Shown here one piece after another: positions 24,901 through 34,302 of a stretch of DNA of 64,000 bases (its first letter is position 1; the number at the start of each line of letters is the position of its first letter). The DNA comes from Squalus acanthias (lineage: Eukaryota): positions 152,460,001 to 152,524,000 of the forward strand of contig CM059431.1 in the NCBI GenBank assembly GCA_030390025.1, in the 5' to 3' direction. The translations under genes and the position numbers were made by a program. The notes beneath the pieces are model-generated. The model did no database searches. It was not told where the DNA came from and worked only from the letters and a program-made list of their open reading frames with translations.

Positions 24901-26434
24901 TCAAGCTGTCTCCGCTGGCAGCTACCTCCAGGAAAAACTCCTTCCCCCCATCTATGGCCCCTACGGCTGGCGCGGTCTGCAGATCCCCTTTTAACTTCTC
25001 GAAGGCTGCTTGGCAGCCCTCGTCCCAAGACCACTCCACCCCCTTATGGAGGAGTCGGAGGAGCGGCGCTGCTGTGGCCGCATAGTCTTCGATAAAATCC
25101 CTGCAGTAACCGGTCAGTCCCAAGAAGGACCTCACACCCCTTACGTTGTTGGGAATCGGTAATTCTTGCACCGACTCCCTCCTTGCTTTGTCTATGGCTC
25201 TTTCCCCAGCGCGTATGGTCAGTCCCAGGAATTTTACTTCCCGCTGACCGATACGTGCTTTCTTAGGATTTATTTTAAAACCCTTTCTCGCTAGCAGCTC
25301 CAATAACTCGTCCAGTAGTGGTCCATGCTCCTCCCTTGAGTCCGTAAATAGGAGCAAATCATCCACATACTGCACTATCTGATTGGGCTGACTAAACTCC
25401 TTTAAACTTCCTGCCATACACTGATGAAAAATACTGGGGCTATTGTGGAAACCCTGTGGCAGACAGTTCCATGTGTACTGTTGTCCTTTGAAAGTAAAGG
25501 CAAACTTGTACTGGTCCTCTCGCCGCAGCGGGATGGACCAAAAACCGTTCGAGATATCCAGCACCGTGAACGTGGTCGCGGACGCTGGGATGCTTCCTAT
25601 TAGGTCAGCAACTGCTGCTACCGTGGGCGCGCAGGCGGGAATGTTACTGTTAAGGACTCTGTAGTCCACCGTGGCTCTCCACGAATTATCCGGCTTCCTA
25701 ACCGGCCATAATGGGGAGTTCACGTGTGTGGCTATCGGCCTCAACACGCCCTGCTGCACCAAGGAAGACATTGCTGTCTCCATATCGGGTTCTGCTTCTT
25801 TGGGGAAGTTATACTGCTTTTGGGGTCGGGTCATGGGGTCCCCATCTACGCTGACCTCAAACCCGACAACCCTCCCACAATCGTGCTTGTGGGTTGCAAA
25901 CGCGTGCATATTATCTGACACGTACGTTTGCATGTCCGTTGGGACATCTGCGACCATAAGCCTGAGGTCGTAGCCTCCGGATGGCTGTACGGTACACAGG
26001 ACCCCTGTTTCTTCCTCCCCCGGAATCACTATTACCTCGCCTTTTTCACCTTTAGCCCCCCAGAGACAGTGATTTCTGAGGTCCACGAGGATCCCGTGTC
26101 CCGATAGGAGATCAGACCCGAGAATACCTCTTCCACCCCCCTCCTGCCATGCCATCAGTATACACTTCCACTTAAGGCGAAGTGTTCCTAAACGAATGGA
26201 TAGCGGAAGGGAAAACGTGCCAGCCTGTTCTTTTCCTGTGAACCCCGCTAACGTGAATGGGACCTTGGTAGATAGCGGCGAGTCAAAAGGGTTATCTGTA
26301 TGGATTATGGTGCAAGAAGCTCCCGTGTCCAACAAATAACTACCCCTCTGTTTCTCTACCTCCATTTCCACCAAAGGTCGCTTCCACGCATCATAGCTAA
26401 GCGGACACAGGTAGACGGGCTGCGCCGGTTCTAG
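21905..26434 (-). CDS. pol: Pol polyprotein: protease, RT, tether, RNase H, integrase, low-complexity C-terminal extension (in frame with gag)
   Basis: LLDTGA protease; LPQGF and YVDD (25369-25358) RT; YVDGSS/AQQAEL/SDS/GNQQAD RNase H; HHCC, IDYIG-SDQG-IVERMN DDE and GPY integrase motifs; no internal stops. Confidence 0.97.
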   Translation of the reverse strand, partial: LEPAQPVYLCPLSYDAWKRPLVEMEVEKQRGSYLLDTGASCTIIHTDNPFDSPLSTKVPFTLAGFTGKEQAGTFSLPLSIRLGTLRLKWKCILMAWQEGGGRGILGSDLLSGHGILVDLRNHCLWGAKGEKGEVIVIPGEEETGVLCTVQPSGGYDLRLMVADVPTDMQTYVSDNMHAFATHKHDCGRVVGFEVSVDGDPMTRPQKQYNFPKEAEPDMETAMSSLVQQGVLRPIATHVNSPLWPVRKPDNSWRATVDYRVLNSNIPACAPTVAAVADLIGSIPASATTFTVLDISNGFWSIPLRREDQYKFAFTFKGQQYTWNCLPQGFHNSPSIFHQCMAGSLKEFSQPNQIVQYVDDLLLFTDSREEHGPLLDELLELLARKGFKINPKKARIGQREVKFLGLTIRAGERAIDKARRESVQELPIPNNVRGVRSFLGLTGYCRDFIEDYAATAAPLLRLLHKGVEWSWDEGCQAAFEKLKGDLQTAPAVGAIDGGKEFFLEVAASGDSLSAVLLQERHGKLRPVVYSSRVLTDVERSFSNCERHLLATHWAVKRSAIFIGLSPITLLTHHTPTKMLLDGRIKDGTVSSVRIARWTLLLSHLDLRVKGLCEPRLAANLVYPGTASSVEGVWDVNIGLRAGIHPTGREIYVDGSSTVSAGERLTGCGVYDPAANLALAIKLPSTMSAQQAELSAVVYVVTHPDIFPTPYTICSDSMFTCNSCTEYLAIWSRRGYTSADGRPLTVKPLLEKILAAAVGEEGEIFIHKVKAHSSTEPRGEGNQQADALAREGARNGIFWNPYGTRPIAAVRGRDGNPGNTRVALPLDLKTVQAQDPALKAVLKTIAEGRQVEGPYSTATLSVKEGMLFREEQWVVPQQHRREFLQLAHEGPGAGHPGPEVTWQRVEQAGWWPGLREQVREFCASCLVCAANNPDPQKRKVPMGHVRRVEGPWQSIQIDYIGPLPTTQGGYKYCLVLVDVFSKWVEAFPCRTATALGTAKILVREVFSRWGLPRFVESDQGSHFTGQVMQNTLMLLGIEGKWHVAHNPQSSGIVERMNRTLKEKLRKETRNSPQKWAEVLPLVLMGVRASQSKSTGYSPHEVMTGRLMRTPTHVLAPVLTEGQLQEISRDKFAQTLLERLKQVYEQAAGNMGRQHQGNRLLLEPRKTREWEVGDQVMVRNYARVGSLEPLYMGPYNIVDKVSPMVYAVKVPRRTKWFHINQCKLYQPGAQGKTTGVNPASGKAQPQVGPQGTQAGIAACIRGRDIPDDHAAFFWNWGLDEEEFRVPGSDEDSADENSDDDGWFLRNGPIYDMEGTGAAGRDPHRVDTQAAGPEDRREELGEAGPAAMGAQRVPVWLPEMWPPVLNVPPSGEAEITSEGPPAGPSRAGPQTASPEVREAESAEAEPATVMEPQVIPMEVSEPGPSVTEPPPIATPRRSSREPQPRRMWSCPQTAPRRRLKVKATQIQPGPIAAATGCGRSEEGVSAATGCGRSKGRVSALPPSGRARSSLLRI

Positions 26435-28246
26435 TCATGGGGTACTATTAGACGGTCCTGCGGCACCTACAGGGCCGGTTGCGACCGCCACCTGTCCACG
26501 CGCACTCAAGATTAGATTGCGCATGGCTCCTAACACTACTTCGAGGTCGTCAGGAGGGGTGCGTGCCTTAGCTTCCTTAGCCGGGACAGGCGCCTGGGCT
26601 CGGACCGTGGGATTTTTATCCTTGGAATCCTTCCAAGGGTTCCTGCAATGCTTGCGCCAGTGCCCTGTCTTCCCACACCCGTAACAAGCATTACCTGCCT
26701 GTGGGGCGCGATTACCCTCCTGATGCCACTCTCTTTGATACGGGGCTGCGGGTCGTACCTCATGTCCTCTTCCCTTAAGGGGACGTGTTGCCATACCCCT
26801 TATATTGCGATAACCTAACGTGAGTCGATTCAAGACCGACTCTTCCGTAATGTTGGGGTCATTGGGATCAAACCATGCTTTTGCCTGCTCTCTGACGGCT
26901 GGTAAACTGTTGGCTATTATGCACCTAAGCCAATGAGTTAAAGCGGTGCCTTCCACATCTTCGCGCTCGGGCGCACCTAGGCAGCTGCGCTCATATACTG
27001 GCCACAGCCTGTCGGCAAAAACCTTCGGGGGTTCTCCCTCCATCTGCACTGTCTGTCCCACTCTAGCAAACGGACCTTCATCGTTCGCCCCCAACACTTC
27101 CAGGACCTCATCCCTCAATTCCTCATAAGTCTTGGTTCCCCTCTTGCTCTCGCCCGAGAGACACTGGAGAACCGAGCTGTCTAGTGAGAACAGCAGCATT
27201 TTTGCTGTCTCCCCATCATCGCAGCCGTTGATGGCTGCGGCTTGCTCAACTTCTCTGAAATGTACGGAAGGGTCGTCTGACTCGGTCAGCTTCCGTACGT
27301 GATTTATCATAGCTCTCAGCTGATGTGAGCTGTGAGGCAACACCAGCTGTCCGAGGAGATCCCCCGGTTCTTCCCCACCGTTTCTGTTTGGGCCCCTTTT
27401 AATGCCCGTTACTGGATACAACGGTCCCTTTCCTACTTCTTTTTCAATGGGCTCTTTTGTTTCTTCCATTGCTTCCTCCCTTACCCAGGTTTCCGAATAG
27501 CTGGGTGGCGCGGAGGGCGCAGTGGCTACTACTTCCTCTGCTTTACTTGGTGGGGATTTCTTAAACTTCTCACTTACTAACGGCTGGTGTGCTGACGGAC
27601 TGATCAGGCACACCATGCCGTTCGCTTTGTTTACGGCCTTCTTGAGGTGCTCTATCTCCCTTTGGCAGGCGCTATGGTCGGCTCCCTCAAACTTATCCTT
27701 AAGGGCCAACTTATATGCCGCCCTAACCCCCGTTAAGCTCTCTTCTTGAGTTCTTATCTGGGCAGCTTGGCGGTTACATCTTTCCTTTAACCTGCTCTCA
27801 TTCAACTTTGCCTCAGTGACCTGGCACTCGAGATAATCTATCCTTGTTTTAAGGTGACTGGAGATTTCCTGGCTTTCTTGGTGCAACTCATTTAAATTCT
27901 TAATGAGCACCTCCACTCCAGAAACCTTCTCATCCATTTCTCCCTCTAAATGACTGATTCGAGCTACTAGCGCTGTAATGGTCTGGTTTGAAATCTGAAC
28001 CTGCCTTTTGTAACACATAAGCCAGACTGCTTTCTCAAGTGTCTTTCTAAGTTCTTTACTATCTGTCCACCTTTCGGCTGCCTCTAGCGGGCTTTTATCC
28101 GCTAACAATTCACTTATCCATTTCTTAGTTAGATTAACCTTTCCAAACACATAATCTGCTATCTTTTCCTGCATAACATTTCGTACAGTCATTCCAAAGT
28201 CTAACACACTACCCTCTCGCTGCCAGTGTCCTGCCGCGGTCGCCAT
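26435..28246 (-). CDS. gag: Gag polyprotein (up to 603 aa)
   Basis: Lies directly after the PBS; heptad-rich N-terminal half, PSAPPSY, single CCHC knuckle CYGCGKTGHWRKHC (26686-26645). Confidence 0.93.
   Translation of the reverse strand: MATAAGHWQREGSVLDFGMTVRNVMQEKIADYVFGKVNLTKKWISELLADKSPLEAAERWTDSKELRKTLEKAVWLMCYKRQVQISNQTITALVARISHLEGEMDEKVSGVEVLIKNLNELHQESQEISSHLKTRIDYLECQVTEAKLNESRLKERCNRQAAQIRTQEESLTGVRAAYKLALKDKFEGADHSACQREIEHLKKAVNKANGMVCLISPSAHQPLVSEKFKKSPPSKAEEVVATAPSAPPSYSETWVREEAMEETKEPIEKEVGKGPLYPVTGIKRGPNRNGGEEPGDLLGQLVLPHSSHQLRAMINHVRKLTESDDPSVHFREVEQAAAINGCDDGETAKMLLFSLDSSVLQCLSGESKRGTKTYEELRDEVLEVLGANDEGPFARVGQTVQMEGEPPKVFADRLWPVYERSCLGAPEREDVEGTALTHWLRCIIANSLPAVREQAKAWFDPNDPNITEESVLNRLTLGYRNIRGMATRPLKGRGHEVRPAAPYQREWHQEGNRAPQAGNACYGCGKTGHWRKHCRNPWKDSKDKNPTVRAQAPVPAKEAKARTPPDDLEVVLGAMRNLILSARGQVAVATGPVGAAGPSNSTP
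28228..28245 (-). other. Primer-binding site complementary to tRNA-Arg(UCG)
   Basis: TGGCGACCGCGGCAGGAC, 5 nt after the LTR end; complement of the vertebrate tRNA-Arg-TCG 3' end GUCCUGCCGCGGUCG-CCA (recalled sequence). Confidence 0.85.
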
Positions 28247-28250
28247 TTTC

Positions 28251-29880
28251 TGTAAGGGATTCTGACCCTGCGTGTCTCGCAGCCTGTGAGATTCACGCGG
28301 CTCTGTGCAGCCTGTATGTCAGTGCGGGTCTAGGCCTTGTTGCCTGTTCTGGTCTCCAGCCAGTCTGGGAACACTAGACACACCTGTGAGTGGTTCGAAT
28401 CACTCGCCCTTACGGTTCTAGACACTGGACTTAGATGCGAGAGCAGTAATGGAGATAAAACTCATGTAGACTCGGTTTGAATGGTACGAAATGGAAAATC
28501 TTTATTGCATGATACTTAAGATTATGAAATACATGTCATAAGCACAGATTAATGACAGTACAATCTTACAAGCAGTTATATAGTCGATCTTAGGGAAACG
28601 AGGAACGAACGGCACACAGTAAATAGGGGCACACATTACAAATATCCTTAATCCTTAAACCCTCCCCTATCAATATCTATCCTAACTAGATTCGTAGGAT
28701 TTCGAGACTCATGCTCACCACTCGTGATAACTCGGAGCAATTCCGAATAGCTGATCGGATGTTTTTCACCGCAGCACCCACGTGTCGGTCAGGAGATCTC
28801 CTGGTCCCACTTGTTTACTTGCTTCTGCTGCTCCGGCTAGCAGGCTGGACCGTCTGCTGTGATGAAGACCTGTGTTGGTTGGTTTAACAAGTACTTTTCC
28901 GAGCACAGTTGTCAATATCATCGATGTGATATGTTCTTTGCAAGTTCGAAGAAGTCTTCCTGGCAAGGAAAACTTGGCTGTTCGACCTACAGGCGCGGTC
29001 GGGATTTACTGACCGTGGCGATGAATATGGTCTTCCTCTCTTCTCATCTCATCTCATCTCATCTCATCTCATCTCGGGCCTTTGGTTCCGCTGCCAGTTA
29101 CCAACATAGGTCTTCGTTACGCGACACGAGGTAGATCCGAACGGATCAGAAAGTTCAACAGTCCTTTTCAAAGAGTCAACAGGCAAGCAGGAGCCCGACT
29201 ACGAGTACACAGGAGCAGCCACGAGGTTACGAGTCGATCGGATAAGAGAAAGATGGACGGTTTGGAGCCTGCAATTATAGTGCAAAATCTTCCGTTTCCC
29301 GCCCAACCTTAATGTCCATTCTTTTGTTTAGGGTCTGGCGCTCAAATGTCTTGTATGGGTGATCTCCGTTCTTAATGGGTTTCGGGGCTACTCGTAAATG
29401 TCTGAGTACCTGTTAATATTTCTCCCATTGTTAAATTGGTCGGTGTTCTCCCTGGAGGGGTTGTGGGGCTTCCACGTGTTTTGTATAACTACCTGTTAAC
29501 GGCTCTCTCATCGTAGAGTCGTTGGGATTTTACATATTAATGTCTTTTGGATGGGCCCTTGATTACTCGGTACAATGGCTTTCATTTGTACCTGGGAGAC
29601 CGATTTCAGTATTTATGTGTATACTGCAAACCCATAATGTCTCGTGTATTATCTTCACTGTGCTGAATCTTAATCGATCTTGCACAAATGTTTATTGGAA
29701 CGCCATCTTGTCTGCCTGTTGAAAAGTCTAGAATGTTCTGTCACGAGGTGCGGCGGCCATTTTACAGGCTGCTTGTGTCCACTTTAAACCTGGCAGTATT
29801 CTGCTGAAATAAAAGCTGTTTGAACGAAACTCTGTGTTTTCTCCTTATTAATAAAATCGCGATATATTGCGAATTCTACA
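28251..29880 (-). repeat. 5' LTR (1630 bp)
   Basis: Direct repeat of 17189-18813 with one extra CTCAT unit; AATAAA at 28506-28501. Confidence 0.97.
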
Positions 29881-31660
29881 AAATGTAGCTCCGTTACATT
29901 CAGACACTGGAGAATTTATAATGGGCAAAAAGGAAATGGCTGAGCAAATAACAAATACTTTGGTTCTGTCTTCACGGATGGGACAAAAATAACTTCCCAG
30001 AAATGCGAGGGAACCAAGGGTCTAGTGAGAAGGAGGAATGAAAGGAAATTAGTATTAGGAAAAAAACAGTGCTGGAGAAATTAATGTGACTGAAAGCCGA
30101 TAATCTGCATCACAGAGTACTCAAAGAGGTAGCCATGGAAATAATGGATGCATTGGTTGTTATCTTCCAGAATTCTATAGATTATGGAACAGTTTTTCAG
30201 ATAATTGGAGGGTGGCAAATATAACCACATTATTTAAAAAGGGGAGGAGAGAGAAAACAGGGAACTACAGACTAACATCAGTAGCAGGAAAAATATTGGA
30301 GCCTATTATAAAGGATGTGATAACAGGAGAATTAGAAAATATCAACTGGATTAGACAAAGTCAACTTGGATTTTTGAAAGGGAAATCGTGTTTGACAAAC
30401 CAACTGGAGTTTTTGGAGGATGTAACTGGTAGAATAGATAAGGGAGAAACAGTGGATTTGGTGTATTTGGATTTTCAGAAGGCCTTTGATAAAGTCCCAC
30501 ATAAGAGGTTAGTGAGTAATATTAAAGCACATGGGTAGGGGTAATATACTGGCATGGATTGAAAATTGTTTAACAGCCAGGAAACAGAGAGTAGGAATAA
30601 ATTTGTTTTTTCGGGGTGGCAGGCGGTTACTAGTGGGGTACCGCAGGGATCAGTGTTTGGGTCCCAACTATTCACAATATATATCAATGAATTGGATGAG
30701 GGAACCAAATGTAATATTTCCAAGTTTGCTGACGACACGAAGCTAGGTGGGATTGTGAGTTGTGAGGAGGATGCAAAGAGGCTTCAAGGCGATTTAGACA
30801 AGTTGAGTGAGTGGGGACATACATGGCTGATGCAGTATAACTTGGATAAATGTGACGTTACCCACTTCGGTAGGAAAAACAGAAAGGCAGAGTATTATAT
30901 AAATGGTGATAGATCGGGAAAAGCTGATGTACAAAGCGATCTGAGTGTCCTTGTACACCAATCACTGAAAGCAAACATGCAGTTGCAGCAAGCAGTTAGG
31001 AATGCAAGTGGTGCGTTGGACTTCATTGCAAGAGGAATTGAGTACAGGAGCAAGTATGTGTTACTACAGTTATACAGGGCCTTGGTGAGACCACACCTGG
31101 AGTACTGTGTGCAGTTTTGGTCTCCTTACCTAAGAAAGAATATACTTGCCATAGAGGGAGTGTAGCGATGGTCCACCAGACAGATTCCTGGGATGGCAGG
31201 AATGTCGTATGAGGAGTGATTGGGTCGACTATGCCAGTATTCACTAGAGTTTAGAAGAATGAGAGCGGATCTCATTAAAACGTATACAATTCTGATAGGG
31301 CTTGTCAGGCTTGATGCAGGGAGGATGTTTCCCCTGTTTGGGAGGACTAGAATGAGGGGTCACAGTCTCAGGATACGGGGTAGGACATTTAGGACTGAGA
31401 TGAGGAGAAATTTCTTCGCTCAGAGGGTGGTGAACCTGTGGAATTCTCTACCACAGAAGGCTGTGGAGGCTAAGCCACTGAATATATTTAAGAAGGAGAT
31501 AGATAAATTTCTAGACACAAATGTCATCAAGGGGTATGGGGAGAGAGCGGGGATATGGTATTGAGATAGAGGATCAGCCATGATCACATTGTAGGCAGAG
31601 CAGGCTCGAAGGGCCGAATGGCCTACTCCTGCTCTTATTTTTCTATGTTTCTATATTTCT
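29881..31660 (+). mobile_element. CR1 LINE ORF2 3' part and tail (continuation of 15975-17188)
   Basis: YLDFQKAFDKVPH, SGVPQGSV, FADDTKLGG and LVRPHLEYC motifs; TTTCTATG-type tail. Confidence 0.9.
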
Positions 31661-32299
31661 ATTAAGCCACTTCCTTATCCAAGCTGCCACTGACCCAACT
31701 ATTCCCTGATCCACAATTTTGTTAACCAGCCTTCTATGTGGTACTTTGTGAAACGCCTTCCGAAATCCATGTAGACAACATCCATTGCATTCCCATCATC
31801 AATCCTCTCTGTTACTTCATTAAAAAATTCAATTACATTAGTCAAACACGTTCTCTCTTTTACAAACCAGTGTTGGCTCTCCATAATTAGCTTAAACCTC
31901 TCCAAATACTCGTTATTTTTTTCCTTGATTATTGTTTCTAAAATTTTACCCACCACTGAAGTTAAACTGACCGGCCTGTAGTTATTAGGATTGTCCTTAC
32001 ACCCTTTCATTGAACAATGGTGTCACATTACCCACTTTCCTATCCTCAGGCACCTCCCCCGTATCTAGGGAAGATTGGAAAATTATGGCAAGCCCTTCCG
32101 CTATCTCCTCTCCAAATTCCCTTAGCAACCTGGGATGCAAGCCATCTGGAGCAGGCGACTTGTCCACTCTAAGCATACCCAGCATTTCTCGTAAATCCTG
32201 TCTATCGATTTTCTTCCCCTTCCATTGCTTCTACCTTATCCACTTCTACTGATATTTTGTCAGCATCCATCTCCTCAGTAAACACCGATACAAAGTATT

Positions 32300-32608
32300 C
32301 AGCAGGCGAGGCAGCATCCGTGGAGAGAGAAACAGAGTTAACGTTTCAGGTCGATGACCTTTCGTCAGAACTGGAAAGAGCCGGAAATCAAATAGATTTA
32401 AGGCCAGGATAAAGCTGGGAAAAGGGGGAGGGGATGAAAGAACAAAAGGGGAAATTAAGAGACATTAAGAGACATTAAGAGATATGCAAGGCAAGAGGTG
32501 GTGTTAATGTGACAGGTTAAACCTCCACGGATGCTGGCTCGCCTGCTGAGTTTTTCCAGCGTTTTCTGTTGTTATTTCGGATTTCCAGCATCTACAGTAT
32601 TTTGCTAT
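32300..32608. mobile_element. Penelope-like remnant of a second family, inserted in CR1
   Basis: 14-bp direct repeat CGATACAAAGTATT at 32286-32299 and 32609-32622; partial inverted ends; hammerhead motif. Confidence 0.7.
32337..32371 (-). ncRNA. Minimal type I hammerhead ribozyme motif
   Basis: GTT-CTGACGA-A-AGGTC(ATC)GACCT-GAAA-C-GTT-AAC; stem I GTT/AAC, palindromic ACGT helix III. Confidence 0.7.
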
Positions 32609-33570
32609 CGATACAAAGTATTAGTTTGTCTTCCCTTGGCCTGTGCCTCTAAGCATCTATCACCTTCTTTGTCCCTAATAGGCTCCACCCCGCCTCTTAC
32701 TACCCGCTTACTGTTTACATGCAGGGAGAATATTTTTGAGTTTCCTTTTATGTTAACCGCCATTCCAATCTCATATTCTCTCTTTGTCAATCTTATTTTC
32801 ATTCTCACATCCCCTCTGAACTTATTTTATTTGGTCTGGTTCTCCCTTGAAGAATTCACCTGACATGCATCATACACCCTCTTTATTTGTTTCATCATCT
32901 TCTCTATCTCCCTCGTCATCCAAGGAGCCCTTGCATTGGTTCCCTTACACTTCCCTCTTGTTGGAATGTACCTAGCCTATTGGAACATCTTCTTAAAGAT
33001 CACCCATTGTTCCGTTACTGTTTTTCCTGTCAGTCTTTGGTTCCATTTTACCCTGGCTAGATCCTTTCACATCCTATTGAAGTTAGCCCTATTCCAGTTT
33101 AGATGTTCCACTCCAGATTGTTGCTGGCTCCTCTCCATTGCTAATCTAAATCTTATGATGCAATGATCAGTCGTACCCAAGTGTTCTTCCACAGACACTT
33201 GGTCGAAGAGGCCCACCTCATTCCCCAGCACCAGATCCAGCATTGCCTCTTTCCTGGTTGGGCCAAGAACATATCGGTCAATGAAATTCTCATGAACACA
33301 TTTCAGAAATTCCTCCCCCTCCTTTCCCTTTAACCTAGCATTATCCCAATTTATATTTGGGTAATTAAATTCCTCCAATATCACCACTCTATAGATCTTG
33401 CATATCTATGCGATTTCCCTGCAGAATTACTCCTCTACCTCCCTCTCACTATTTGGAGGCCTATAGAATCGCTCCAATTGCGTGATCATAGCCTTTTTGC
33501 TCCTCAGCTCCAACCAAATGGATTCTGTCCTTGTCCCCTCAAGAGCATCCTCCCTTGCGAACACTACAAT

Positions 33571-34302
33571 GGGCTGTATTTCCCGATCGGAGACCTCTTG
33601 CGTGCGGAGGCCTCCGATCTGGAATAATCTACGAACTTACCTGAGGGCTCACGGGGCGCCTACACTTCCGATCCTGGGCCTCTCCAAACTCCAAGTGCGC
33701 AGGGTATTATGTATCCCAGAGGCACATGCGGTCCGCAAGCATCTCTGAGATCACGTGGGCCAGGCCAGCCAACAGAAAAAGGGAATCTCCCTTCATACAC
33801 TTGACAGATGGACCTGTCAGATATATGAATGGAGAACAATGAAAAAACATAGTAGAATTTGATATAAATTAAAAAAAAAATCATCTTTTTAAAATTAGTT
33901 GAAATTACAATAAGTTTAATTTTTTGACAGTTAAAGATTTTTACGGGGCTAAAAATAAATTTACCTTACTTTAAATTAATTTTACATGATGAATTACTGA
34001 TAAATTCTTTTTTTTTTACTTTTTCAACTCTTATCCTGGTTAAATCAGCCCTGACGCCTGCTTTTACCAGGCGTAAGAATTCTAAGGGTTTTCTGCGGGC
34101 GTCGGGTCTCCAGAAAGCGCAACTATCCGGCTGCAGAGGCCCTTCTCCAGGGCAAACATCCAATCTGTCAAGAGCATTCTTGACAGATCAGAAACTCCGG
34201 TTTTCAGCGCATGCACTGTACATGCCTGAAACGGCATTTCTGATATCCCTGCGGGTGGGTACACAGCACGTACCCACCCATAGGCATCGGAATATCCAGG
34301 CC
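33571..34302. mobile_element. Non-autonomous TIR DNA element (MITE, possibly Harbinger-type)
   Basis: Imperfect 17-bp TIRs GGGCTGTATTTCCCGAT / ATCGGAATATCCAGGCC; interrupts a CR1; AT-rich centre, no ORF. Confidence 0.6.

Larger units (their letters stand above)
17189..29880 (-). mobile_element. Full-length LTR retrovirus-like provirus (lokiretrovirus-like), LTR-PBS-gag-pol-env-PPT-LTR
   Basis: Two direct ~1.63-kb repeats with TGTA...TACA ends, AAAT TSD (17185-17188 and 29881-29884), PBS, PPT and three uninterrupted ORFs. Confidence 0.97.
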
